This document shows positions 21,856 to 30,936 of a DNA stretch of 55,630 nucleotides, one piece after another. Positions within the stretch are counted from its first letter, which is position 1. Every line of letters begins with the position of its first letter. The notes under the pieces were generated by a model. It saw only the letters and a program-made list of their open reading frames with translations. It ran no database searches and was not told the DNA's origin. The stretch is from Oculatellaceae cyanobacterium bins.114 (GTDB lineage: Bacteria; Cyanobacteriota; Cyanobacteriia; Elainellales; Elainellaceae). The stretch lies in assembly GCA_033764315.1 (NCBI GenBank), contig JANRJA010000145.1:1-55630 (forward strand), in the 5' to 3' direction. The translations under genes and the position numbers were made by a program.

Positions 21856-21946
21856 TTTTTGGATAGGCTTTCCCTATCGCTGGAGCAGACTGGACTCTCT
21901 GTATACACCTGATCGAATCCCTTCAACCAGCTCTGATGGTAGTTAG

Positions 21947-22097
21947 GTAGGGTGGGCACTGCCCACAGCCTGATTATCAATGTATCCTTGGCTAAAATTA
22001 TTGCCAAAGTGGAGCACTCAAATGCTTATTTTGTGGGCGATGCCCACCCTACAATTCTCAAATGCCTATTTTGTGGGCGATGCCCACCCTACCATTC
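21947..22097. repeat. REP cluster upstream of RAYT1
   Basis: GTAGGGTGGGCACTGCCCAC at 21947, and two inverted copies GTGGGCGATGCCCACCCTAC inside a 40-bp tandem duplication (22017-22056 and 22057-22096). Confidence 0.85.
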
Positions 22098-22191
22098 TGT
22101 CCACTATTGATGTCGAACCTGTTTCTAAAAGCCGGACGCTGGGTAATCTCAGGATAAAGTGTTATCCCCTACCCTCGATCGCACCGCTTCA

Positions 22192-22761
22192 ATGCCCCAA
22201 TATCGTCGTGTTTATACTCCCGGTGGTACCGTTTCTCTGACTCTTGTCACCTATAACCGTATTCCTATTTTTGCCGACTCCCAAAACATTGTCTACTTGC
22301 GATCGGCTTTAGCGGCACTGCGTTCTGAGATGCCCTTTGAAATTACGGCTGCTGTTATTCTGCCCGATCATCTCCATTTTCTGTGGACATTACCTCCTGA
22401 TGATTGCAATTATTCCAAACGAATTGGGCGGCTAAAAGTACTGTTCACCCGATCCTTACGAGGAAAACAAGCTTTACCTCAAAATGTTTCGTTATCTCGT
22501 CGTAAGCATCGAGAGAGTAATGTGTGGCAACGGCGATTTTGGGAGCATACGATTACGGATGAAACAGATTTGGCAAATCATTTTGATTATCTGCATTACA
22601 ATCCGGTCAAACATGGTTTGGCTAAATGCCCCCACCAATGGCAATATTCTAGTTTTCATCGATATGTGCAGAGAGAAGTATATAACCGTGATTGGGGATG
22701 TCAATGTGATGGGAAGAGTTCAGAGTTGTCGATATTTGATGATGTGAATATGGGGGAATAA
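22192..22761 (+). CDS. REP-associated tyrosine transposase (RAYT) 1
   Basis: YRR...TLVT, LPDHLH (HUH), WQRRFWEH, YLHYNPVKHGL and WQYSS; flanked by REPs. Confidence 0.92.
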   Translation: MPQYRRVYTPGGTVSLTLVTYNRIPIFADSQNIVYLRSALAALRSEMPFEITAAVILPDHLHFLWTLPPDDCNYSKRIGRLKVLFTRSLRGKQALPQNVSLSRRKHRESNVWQRRFWEHTITDETDLANHFDYLHYNPVKHGLAKCPHQWQYSSFHRYVQREVYNRDWGCQCDGKSSELSIFDDVNMGE

Positions 22762-22771
22762 GTTGGATGCT

Positions 22772-22987
22772 TTAGTGCCCACCTACCTCTATACATAAAG
22801 CTTTAATAGGGTGGGCACTGCCCACCCTACGCGACTGAACTAGCAAGTCATACAAGCCGTTGATCATGCGTTCTCCAAGGGTAAAGCGATGATCGCGGGG
22901 TAGGCGATTGAGGATGGGGATGTACCATTTCACCAGGTCATAGGTTTTTTGAATCACAGGCAGATCGAGTGACGCAGGTTTGATCAT
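22772..22987 (-). pseudogene. avd: DGR accessory variability determinant Avd, C-terminally truncated
   Basis: [41 protein letters not shown] matches the N-terminal half of cyanobacterial Avd as I recall it. The frame then reads into the REP at about 22830. Confidence 0.85.
22807..22830. repeat. REP downstream of RAYT1
   Basis: TAGGGTGGGCACTGCCCACCCTAC, with a partial copy at about 22774-22787. Confidence 0.85.
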
Positions 22988-23162
22988 GAAATCCCCTGAT
23001 GTAGAGTACAATAGAGTTCGAGTGCTATTAATGCCACTAGATATAGAGCATAGTGCATAAGTGACAAGACCCCTAATTTGTAAAAAAAAATTTGAGCGCG
23101 CAGAGCGCGAAGGAAAGAAGAGTAAAGAAGTACAAAGCGCAAGAGGGGAAAAGGGCAAAGGG

Positions 23163-23300
23163 CTAAGCAGTCCTGGAAGAAACACAGACGACTCGAAACC
23201 CAATGTCGTAGTCCCGATAACCGGGCGTGAGCCGATTGCGGTTAGCAGAGCGGCAGAGCCCAGGAGCGTCGTGCCAGGAGCCGCCCCGCAGCACGCGATA
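23163..23300 (-). other. DGR variable repeat (VR) candidate
   Basis: 3' end of the CLec domain (RGGSW to GFRV). Putative variable codons end in C/T (CAC, GAC, GCT, CTC, AAC, AAT, CTC, GGT, TAT, GAC, TAC, GAC), and avd lies immediately downstream. Confidence 0.7.
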
Positions 23301-26300
23301 GCGATCGTCACCTTCTGTGACCCAGGCACTTCCATCAGTCGGTGCTCCCTGATAGGACGGATGCCAATGATCTAAACACCATTCCCAGACGTTGCCATGC
23401 ATTTCTGATAAACCAAAGGCATTGACAACCCCAAAACTACCGACCTCACTAGTTTTTTGTCGATAGATTCCTTTGACCCCGTCTCCGTAGGTGTAGTTGC
23501 CGTTATAGTTAGCAAGATCGGTTGAGAGGGTGTCTCCCAAATGAAACGGTGGATAGACTCTCCCCTTGCCTTCTGAGAGAGGGGCTGGGGGTGAGGGGAC
23601 AGCCCGACAGGCATACTCCCATTCGGCTTCAGAGGGCAAGCGATAGATTTTACCCGTGTGCTGAGATAGACGGTCACAAAATTCCATCGCCGCACGCCAA
23701 GACACGACTTCTATGGGGTGGTTGTCGCCTTTAAAGTTGGCTGGGTCAAGTTCTAGATCGCGGTTGACGCGGGGTAACTGGGCGACAAATCGCCATTGCG
23801 CCTGGGTAATGGGAAACTGGCTCATGGAGAAGGACGGCACGGTGACGAGGTGTTGAGCCTCCACATCCACATCCTTGAGTTCTGGAAAGGAATATTGATA
23901 CCAATCTCGACCTACTTCATCGGGGGGAGAACCCATAAGAAACTCACCTGCCGGAATTGTCACCAAATCTAAGCTCAGGTCTTCCGTTAGATTCTCCTTG
24001 AAGACGGGAATGGATTTAACCTGGGCAATGACTTCCCCCTGCTTTAACTCCACAATCAGCATAGGCACTGGTTCACCACTAGCGGCACCAATCAGGCTCA
24101 AGGCTCTGGTGGCACCTTGCCGAAGCGGGAGGGGTTGACCATCACTTTCCACTATCTGACGGAGTTCAGCCTGTCCTGCCTTCATCATGCCCAGTGCTTC
24201 AGCCGCGCTGCGTCGCACCGCGATTTCTTCGTCGGCGTGCTGCAACAGGGCAAGCAACTTTTCAGCCCCAATTCCCAGCTTGCCTAATGCTTGAGCCGCG
24301 GCTTGCCGTGCTTCCAGGGTTTGATTGCGGTTCTCCAACATGCCAATCAAGTTGGGAGCGGCGATTTTGGCAGCGGCTCCGCGTTGACTCAAATCGTTAG
24401 CCGCCCGGATTCGATATTCCAATTCTGGGGCAGACAGTTCTGAGATTAACTTACGAATTCGACGGTTTTCTTGCACCCGCTCTAATTCTTTGCGGTTAAC
24501 TCCCGCTTTAGGATCTAACTCGGTTGTGACAAAGTCTGGAATCTTTGCCTCTCGTGCCCTATCTTCACAGCAGTCCCACACGGCCAGCAAAAAGCCACGA
24601 ATCACGTCTGAGGTTTCGTTAGCCTGAGCAAGTTTCTGATCGATCTCTTGAAAGAACTCTTGCCAAGCACTGTCTGGATTTTCCTGGCGGCAATTGTGTT
24701 CGACTCGATAGGTCGCGGCTAGATATTCTGCCAGTGGATCGAGGATGATGCGAATTTTATCTCTCGGTTCTGGGGATTGCACCACCAGCAATCGTTGCTC
24801 TAGATAAGTGAGGCGTGCTTTGGCATCGTCGGTTGCTGCTTTTGACAGGGCGGCGATCGCCTCTTCTTTTTTCACCAATGTCGGTCGATAGGTTTGCTTG
24901 AGGCATTCCCAAGCAACGATTTGAGCATCGCGTTGTATCTCTAGATCATCTCGCTTGTCGGGGATGTTTTGATTGAGGCGATTTAAGTAGCTGAGCATTA
25001 GCTTGGGCACCGAATCGGGCAAGATGCCCCCTGCTCCTTCTCGTTCTTGAATCAGGTGGTCAATATAGAGCCGTGCTAATAACACCGTGATGGGACGTTC
25101 ACCCGCAATGCGGCGGAGGCGATCGCAGGCATCCGAATATTCATCATCCCCAAACAAAGCTTGTTTGTGAATCGATTCTAGGTAAGCAGACATAAACGCC
25201 CAGAGGCGATTGGACTCAATTTGCAAGGGTTTCAAAACGGTTTTTCCAGCCCCTCCGAGAGGTTCCTGTAATCGAGACGTAACGATCAATGCTTTGGCTG
25301 GAAAGCTGGCTAAATCTGGAGTGACCCGTTTGCGGGTTGTTTCGCTCATCTCTGATAGGTGATCGACAATGACCAGAATGCGCTGGCGTTGCAGCAATTT
25401 TTGCAGCAAGTGGGGTGCGATATCTTCTGTCTGATTGATTAGAGCTTTGAGTTGCCCTGCGATCGCATCAACCAGCGTCTTGTTTTCATCCAACTCGGTT
25501 TCGATCAATACGGGCAGCAGACGATGAGCCAAAAGCTGTTTCTCTAGCCCCCACTGGGCAATCTGGCAGGTCAAGCTGGTTTTTCCGGCTCCTCCTTCCC
25601 CCATGATCAGCAGCACGGCTGTTTTTCGCTTAAAGGAATCACTAAGATCACTGCCCTTCAGTTGATTAATCAGTGTTCCATCCAGATGAACAGGCAGAGG
25701 AATATGAATGTTCCTATCCTTGACGGTATCTAGCTTTAAGAACCCTGCTTGAGTTTCCTGCCAATGCTGTTCTACCCAAGCATCTAATACACGAGGATGG
25801 TACTTTAAGGGCGACAACAGCTTCAACAACCAAGCTAGCCAGCTTCCCACGTGGGGGATCTTTTCCACCGCCTCGATCTTCTCATCCTCAATCCCGAATT
25901 TCAGTAACCATAACGGTTTCCATACAAAAATGCTGCCGTATGCACTTCCTATCACAACCAGCACTAACCCTGTTGCTACGATCCAAGGATAGCTTTGCCC
26001 CCAAGACACGACTTGATAGGTTGGCTGGGCGGTCAAGCTTCTCAACTGGGTTTGCAGTGCATTCCGAGTCAGGCGTAGGGATTCTAAATCGTCTGCTTTC
26101 GTTGCCCAATTGCTTTCATCTTGTTCGAGCAGTGTAAATACGCTATCTAGCTGTTGATAAAGGTCTTGCAAGTTCTGAATGTCTTTGGTTTGCCAACCTT
26201 GCAATTGATCTGAATACATTTGACTATCTCGACCGATCGCGCTTAAAGCCCGAATTGCATTGCTGCGAACTTGTAAGTCACTATCGCCCTGACTCATCAA

Positions 26301-26633
26301 CACCAAATCAGGAACTGCTGATTTAGCTTCCCAACCCATTTGTCCCAAGGTTTCGGCAGCATAAAACCGTGTCGTTGCATCGGCACTCAAGGCATTTGCA
26401 AGCGGCTGAACGGCTGCCTCACCACATTGCTCTAAAACCTGTTGGGCATCTACACGCTGTTGATCGTCTTGAAGCTGCTCAATGGCTTGCTCCAAAGAGT
26501 TGCGATCGCAGGGTTTACCATTATTCGCTAGAGCCGGAAGAAAGGGGAATACCACCAGAACCGTAACAACTGGTAGCCAATGTCCAACCCATCTGCCCAT
26601 AAACTTAGCTCTGGATAAAATGCGAAAAACCAA
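23163..26633 (-). CDS. HEAT repeat / NACHT-like NTPase / HEAT / FGE-sulfatase (CLec) protein, DGR target
   Basis: Signal-like N-terminus (possible start 26600), HEAT repeats, a transmembrane helix, Walker A GEGGAGKT, Walker B VIVDHL and more HEAT repeats. FGE motifs [23 protein letters not shown] and RVLRGGSW...GFRVV close the protein. Confidence 0.92.
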   Translation of the reverse strand: MVFRILSRAKFMGRWVGHWLPVVTVLVVFPFLPALANNGKPCDRNSLEQAIEQLQDDQQRVDAQQVLEQCGEAAVQPLANALSADATTRFYAAETLGQMGWEAKSAVPDLVLMSQGDSDLQVRSNAIRALSAIGRDSQMYSDQLQGWQTKDIQNLQDLYQQLDSVFTLLEQDESNWATKADDLESLRLTRNALQTQLRSLTAQPTYQVVSWGQSYPWIVATGLVLVVIGSAYGSIFVWKPLWLLKFGIEDEKIEAVEKIPHVGSWLAWLLKLLSPLKYHPRVLDAWVEQHWQETQAGFLKLDTVKDRNIHIPLPVHLDGTLINQLKGSDLSDSFKRKTAVLLIMGEGGAGKTSLTCQIAQWGLEKQLLAHRLLPVLIETELDENKTLVDAIAGQLKALINQTEDIAPHLLQKLLQRQRILVIVDHLSEMSETTRKRVTPDLASFPAKALIVTSRLQEPLGGAGKTVLKPLQIESNRLWAFMSAYLESIHKQALFGDDEYSDACDRLRRIAGERPITVLLARLYIDHLIQEREGAGGILPDSVPKLMLSYLNRLNQNIPDKRDDLEIQRDAQIVAWECLKQTYRPTLVKKEEAIAALSKAATDDAKARLTYLEQRLLVVQSPEPRDKIRIILDPLAEYLAATYRVEHNCRQENPDSAWQEFFQEIDQKLAQANETSDVIRGFLLAVWDCCEDRAREAKIPDFVTTELDPKAGVNRKELERVQENRRIRKLISELSAPELEYRIRAANDLSQRGAAAKIAAPNLIGMLENRNQTLEARQAAAQALGKLGIGAEKLLALLQHADEEIAVRRSAAEALGMMKAGQAELRQIVESDGQPLPLRQGATRALSLIGAASGEPVPMLIVELKQGEVIAQVKSIPVFKENLTEDLSLDLVTIPAGEFLMGSPPDEVGRDWYQYSFPELKDVDVEAQHLVTVPSFSMSQFPITQAQWRFVAQLPRVNRDLELDPANFKGDNHPIEVVSWRAAMEFCDRLSQHTGKIYRLPSEAEWEYACRAVPSPPAPLSEGKGRVYPPFHLGDTLSTDLANYNGNYTYGDGVKGIYRQKTSEVGSFGVVNAFGLSEMHGNVWEWCLDHWHPSYQGAPTDGSAWVTEGDDRYRVLRGGSWHDAPGLCRSANRNRLTPGYRDYDIGFRVVCVSSRTA

Positions 26634-26734
26634 CTGCTGCTAAAAGCCTACTGCTACATTCAAGCTGAAAGCAGTATATTCCGAAAAATTACTCACAGAC
26701 GAAAAATAAGGGGAGATTTCAACGCAGAAGCTGA

Positions 26735-26811
26735 GTAGCGGCAGAGCCGCTTCATCTTGGAGGAGGCAGAGACTCCAAATCTGTGTTCCCAGGCAGAGCC
26801 TGAGGAACGAG
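26735..26811. repeat. GGCAGAGCC-type dispersed repeat
   Basis: Three GGCAGAG(C/A)C hairpin units, ending ...TTCCCAGGCAGAGCCTGAGGAACGAG. Confidence 0.55.
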
Positions 26812-26967
26812 GCTAAACTGAGCATCAAGAGGAAATGGCAGAGTTCTACCGTAAATTCTAGTGAGGTATTGAATTCTGTTTCTGTTATTCCTAAGTATTG
26901 TGATGCGATCGCTTCCAAAGCATCTTAAGTTAGAGTCAGCAGACGCAGGGATAGTGCGATCGCCCCG

Positions 26968-27655
26968 GTAGGTTGGGTTGAAGTGACGAAACCCAACTCA
27001 ATCATTCTGTTAAGCAATGCTCCTGATTACCCATACTAATCTCATCTACGATTGGGTCATCAGATGCGTTATCGTCGTGCCATCACACCTAGAGCCACTT
27101 ATTTCTTTACCGTTGTGACTTATCAACGGCAACAACTGTTTCACCTGCCCCAGAACATTGAGCATCTCCGTTACGCTTTTCGCACGGTTAAAGCCAGTCA
27201 TCCATTTACTATTGAGGCGATCGTTGTATTGCCAGACCATCTTCACTGCATCTGGACACTTCCACCAGGTGATGCAGATTTTTCTACACGATGGCGGTTA
27301 ATCAAAACAATCTTTACCCGCACCTGCCCTAATCAACACAAACGGCAACAAAATCAAGCTCGACTGCATAAAAAGGAACAAGCTGTATGGCAACGCCGTT
27401 TTTGGGAGCACCAAATTCGAGATGAGCATGATTTGAATCAACACATCGATTACATTCATTACAACCCAGTGCATCACCAACTTGTGCAGCATCCCAAAGA
27501 TTGGCAATATTCAAGTTTTCATCGGTTTGTAGCCAGAGGGGTATATGAGGTTGATTGGGGAGCAGGAGATGCCATTTTGTTTGAAGTAAATGTTGGATAT
27601 GAGTAACAAATAAGAGATAGGTGAATGTTGGGTTTCCTCCGTCAACCCAACCTAC
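26968..27655 (+). mobile_element. REPtron 2 (RAYT with inverted flanking REPs)
   Basis: GTAGGTTGGGTTGA...AAACCCAAC (26968-26997) and GTTGGGTTT...TCAACCCAACCTAC (27627-27655) bracket the RAYT gene. Confidence 0.8.
27064..27606 (+). CDS. REP-associated tyrosine transposase (RAYT) 2
   Basis: YRR...YFFTVVT, LPDHLH, WQRRFWEH, YIHYNPV and WQYSSF. Confidence 0.93.
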   Translation: MRYRRAITPRATYFFTVVTYQRQQLFHLPQNIEHLRYAFRTVKASHPFTIEAIVVLPDHLHCIWTLPPGDADFSTRWRLIKTIFTRTCPNQHKRQQNQARLHKKEQAVWQRRFWEHQIRDEHDLNQHIDYIHYNPVHHQLVQHPKDWQYSSFHRFVARGVYEVDWGAGDAILFEVNVGYE

Positions 27656-27661
27656 TGGAGG

Positions 27662-28594
27662 CTACTGCCGCAAAAAATCCAGCATCTCCTGATAAAACGG
27701 TAACGCTTTGTTCTGAACCTCAGCGGCAGTGGCTAACACACCTAATACCTCAACCAGTGCCGCTTGTGTTGCATCAATGATCAGCGTATAAAAGGGTTCC
27801 CAGTTGTCAGATTGTTGTCCCTGGATTAAGGCTTCGATGTACCGCTGTCGATTTTCATTTGAGATGATGGCGATCGGATAGCCTGCTCGTAACAACAGCA
27901 AATTCATCAACAGTCGCCCTGCCTGCCCATTGCCATCGCGAAATGGATGAATAGTTACCAATTGGTGATGCGCCTCTGCCGCATAGAGAACCGGGTGCAA
28001 CGCTTGAGTATCCGCAAAATTAAGCCAACTGATAAATTCTGCCATTAGCTCCGATAATAAATCGTGAGGAGGATAGACATACCCCGTTCCCGCTGCCTGC
28101 CCATCTAAAGTCCGGTAACGTCCGGCTTCTTCGGGATGGATCTTGCGGAGAATCAAGCTGTGAATTTAGCGAATTTCCCATTCTCTCAGCGGTATCGATT
28201 GTTGGGCTAACGCTTCGATGTAGGCGATCGCCTCTGCATGTCCAATAACCTCTAAATGCTCCTGAAGCGTTTTTCCCCCAACCGTAATGCCTGTTGTTAA
28301 CACCAACTCTGTTTCACTCTGGGTTAGTGTGTTGCCTTCTAATGCATTGGAATGGTAAGTAAAGCGAACTTGATACCGTTGCCGCAGTTCACTTACAACC
28401 GAAGCAGGCAGCGGACGAAAGGTGTCGAGCCAAGTTTTAAGCTGTTGAATGACTTGAAGCGGTTCTTGTAGGGACATGGGATGAGCCGTTAACCATTGCC
28501 AAAGCAACGTCTCCGCATTCCAAATGCGGTGTTGTTTAAGATAGGCAATTAGTTCCGCTTGGGTTGCAGCCGTATTGCGGAGGTTCACTGTCAT
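27662..28594 (-). pseudogene. Fic family protein with an in-frame stop
   Basis: TYHSNALEGNTL and HPFRDGNGQAGR are in one frame, separated by TAA at 28166-28168 (EIR*IHSLIL). The first Arg of the Fic motif is replaced by Gln. Confidence 0.85.
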
Positions 28595-28772
28595 CGTTTT
28601 ACCTGTTCGCTGCTTTAGCTCCCATTGTAGGGGTATCTATCCCTGACGTATTCAAGCTTGAGCCAAGTAAAACAGACAACCCATTTGTAGATCGCATCAC
28701 ACTGCGCTGACGAATCCTCTATAAGAATGAAGCGTGATTGAGTCCACGATTTATAGCTTTATGACTCAAGCA

Positions 28773-28940
28773 GTTAAATTTGTATCTCCAGTATCAAACT
28801 TTGTATTTCAGGTATTCAAATTTGTAGGGCAACTCTTCAAATTTGTACTTCAGACATTCAAGTTTGTACTTCAGACATGCAAATTTATATCCCAGGTATT
28901 CAAGTTTGGATGCCGGATACTCAAGTTTGGATGCCAAACA
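28773..28940. repeat. Tandem array of eight 21-bp units
   Basis: Units start at 28773, 28794, 28815, 28836, 28857, 28878, 28899 and 28920. Each has a consensus core TTCAA(A/G)TTTG(T/G)A plus about 9 variable bp; a degenerate ninth unit follows. Confidence 0.9.
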
Positions 28941-29123
28941 ATCAACTATTGGATTTGAAGCAACACCATCCTTAAATATACGGATGCTTTAGAATGGCTC
29001 AGTTAAAACTTCCGTATTTCACACGGCTCTTACTCCGTTAAGAACCTATCAATTTGGGGCATTTCTAGTTGGACTGAGTCATAACTGTCGATGTCCATCT
29101 ACTAAATTCCATAAGGATCTAAA

Positions 29124-29600
29124 ATGCCATTCCAACCCTTGAATGCTAGCCTTTCTGCCGCTGACCAAGCCTCGATAGCAGCAGCCGTTAATACGATTCG
29201 TGAAAAGCTTCCCTTTTTAGTCACCATGACAGCCGAGGAGCGGCGAAAACTAGCAAAATTAGGCGATAAAACCCGTGCCTTTGTACAAAAGTCTGCCGAA
29301 TTTGCAGCTCGCAATCCGGATTATCTGCCACGCCGATTTGATCTGGATGCAATGCAGGAAGATGTCAATTTGTTTATGGCACTTCATCCCATTTGGGTGT
29401 CGCTCAACGACCTGCAAGAACTGGTCTACAACACCTATATGCTGGCAGGTAGTGAAGCTTACGCCGCTGCACGAGAGGTTTATAGCTCTGCCAAAGCAAC
29501 GGGTAAAGGCGAAATTGATAGCTCCCTCAACGAGATGGGGCGACGATTCCGCAAATCTCGCAAAGTGCAGTCGGAAGTAGAAGCTAGTAATTCAAAATAA
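29124..29600 (+). CDS. Conserved hypothetical alpha-helical protein
   Basis: 158 aa with RBS AAGGA. Motifs KLPFLV...EERRKLAKLGDK..AFV and AGSEAY...VY resemble a widespread uncharacterised family. Confidence 0.85.
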   Translation: MPFQPLNASLSAADQASIAAAVNTIREKLPFLVTMTAEERRKLAKLGDKTRAFVQKSAEFAARNPDYLPRRFDLDAMQEDVNLFMALHPIWVSLNDLQELVYNTYMLAGSEAYAAAREVYSSAKATGKGEIDSSLNEMGRRFRKSRKVQSEVEASNSK

Positions 29601-29611
29601 TGAATGGGATC

Positions 29612-29657
29612 GGGAATGGTTTTATGGTGCGGTCTAGCCCTCTACATAACCATTCCC
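29612..29657 (+). terminator. Hairpin after the 158-aa gene
   Basis: GGGAATGGTT...AACCATTCCC inverted repeat. Confidence 0.5.
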
Positions 29658-29782
29658 AAATTTCTACCTGCAAGTTATCCTTCGTTGCCGAAAAATTCTA
29701 TTAGGTTGGGTTTTGTCACCTCAACCCCAATCCCATCACCTTGTTAATCAATGCTTTTGATGACCTATTCTTCTATTTTTCT

Positions 29783-30040
29783 CTAGCCCCCACTCACAGG
29801 TGGAATGAGCACGACTTCATCATCATTTTTCAAAACCGTATCAGGTTCGACAAATTGCAAATTGACTCCAAAACGGGTTAAATCGCGCCACTGTTGCAGT
29901 TCGGGATGCTCTGCAATGAGGCGATCGCGCACAGTGGCTACCGTTGACCCGGATGGCAGATGCAGAACTAAATCAGACACTCCATAGGCATCTTGATAAG
30001 CCGCAAACAGTTTGACCGTGATTTGAATGGTTGATGTCAT
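29783..30040 (-). CDS. moaD: Molybdopterin synthase sulfur carrier subunit
   Basis: VKLFAAY and C-terminal DEVVLIPPVSGG. Confidence 0.93.
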   Translation of the reverse strand: MTSTIQITVKLFAAYQDAYGVSDLVLHLPSGSTVATVRDRLIAEHPELQQWRDLTRFGVNLQFVEPDTVLKNDDEVVLIPPVSGG

Positions 30041-30095
30041 TGGTATATCGTCAATGGTCAATCATGATTTTGAGTGCTGAGTGCAAGTATGATTT

Positions 30096-30180
30096 CCCTC
30101 ATCCCCAGCCCTTCTCCCCAAGGAGAAGGGAGCTAGAATCCGGTTCCCTCGCCCTTTGGGAGAGGACTAGGGTGAGGGCG
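30096..30180. repeat. CCCTCATCCCCAGCCC...GGGTGAGGG palindromic dispersed repeat
   Basis: Inverted arms; related copies at about 33230-33313 and 23558-23598. Confidence 0.7.
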
Positions 30181-30385
30181 GCTTGGCAATGCATATCTCT
30201 CTGTTTAGCAATACCTCTATTTTGAGTGCTGAACGACTCTCATCATCTCATCATGGCTTCTTCATCCTTGACTCCCTCGGCTGTTACGCGCTCTTCCCCC
30301 AAGGATGGATGAACTCTCGATCTAGGAAAAACACTGTAGATGAGCAACCAAATGGGGCTAACCCCACATCATGGAGGTTCAATTT

Positions 30386-30625
30386 ATGGTATCCACAGCC
30401 AATGGTCAAACCCAAGCTATCAGCAATTTAGAGTATGACCTGCTAACGGTTTTGCACAACAAAGCTGAAGCTTTGAAAGCTTACGAAACTTATATCAGAG
30501 ATGCCCAAGAAATGCAGTCTCAACCCTGTGTTGAGCTATTTCAAAAGCTGCAACAGGCTGAGATGCAGCAAGTCAATGAAATTAGACATCACCTTCAAGA
30601 AGTGATGCAAAAGGGCAAGATGTAA
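30386..30625 (+). CDS. Small conserved hypothetical (ferritin-like helical) protein
   Basis: RBS GGAGG; ISNLEYDLLTVLHNKAEALKAYETYIRDA. Confidence 0.75.
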   Translation: MVSTANGQTQAISNLEYDLLTVLHNKAEALKAYETYIRDAQEMQSQPCVELFQKLQQAEMQQVNEIRHHLQEVMQKGKM

Positions 30626-30690
30626 GGTTTGGGTGTTAACGAACGATCCCCTCTTTCTAAAAATAGGCAGAGGGGGTTTCGTTTCTTAAC

Positions 30691-30795
30691 CTATTCTTCA
30701 CCGCCTTGCAACTTGAGTAGCAAAAAGCCTAAACCTAAGCCGACTAGAATGAGGCTAAAGGATAGAACTGCGGCGTTAAGAAGTTCAGTATTCAT
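30691..30795 (-). CDS. petM: Cytochrome b6f complex subunit VII (PetM)
   Basis: Translated by hand: [34 protein letters not shown]. It is too short for the ORF track and is divergent from pdxA. Confidence 0.92.
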   Translation of the reverse strand: MNTELLNAAVLSFSLILVGLGLGFLLLKLQGGEE

Positions 30796-30936
30796 TACGC
30801 GATTACTCCGCATCAAATTTTAAAACCAGCAGAAAGCCTGCCTAAAGTATTCTAGAGCAGTTTAGTGCCGAGTCTTTGGCACAGTGTGATCGAAATATTA
30901 AAGTGTGAGTGAAATAGAGAGTGTGAGTGAGATATT

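Noticed and set aside
22988..23335. N-terminal extension of the 187-aa ORF upstream of avd
   Set aside because: It overlaps the target gene in another frame and crosses the pyrimidine tract. Avd similarity only begins near ATG 22987.
26640..26918. 92-aa ORF upstream of the DGR target
   Set aside because: It spans a dispersed repeat and has no recognisable motif.
28773..28940. CRISPR array
   Set aside because: The total period is only 21 bp, the variable parts are about 9 bp and related to each other, and there are no cas genes.
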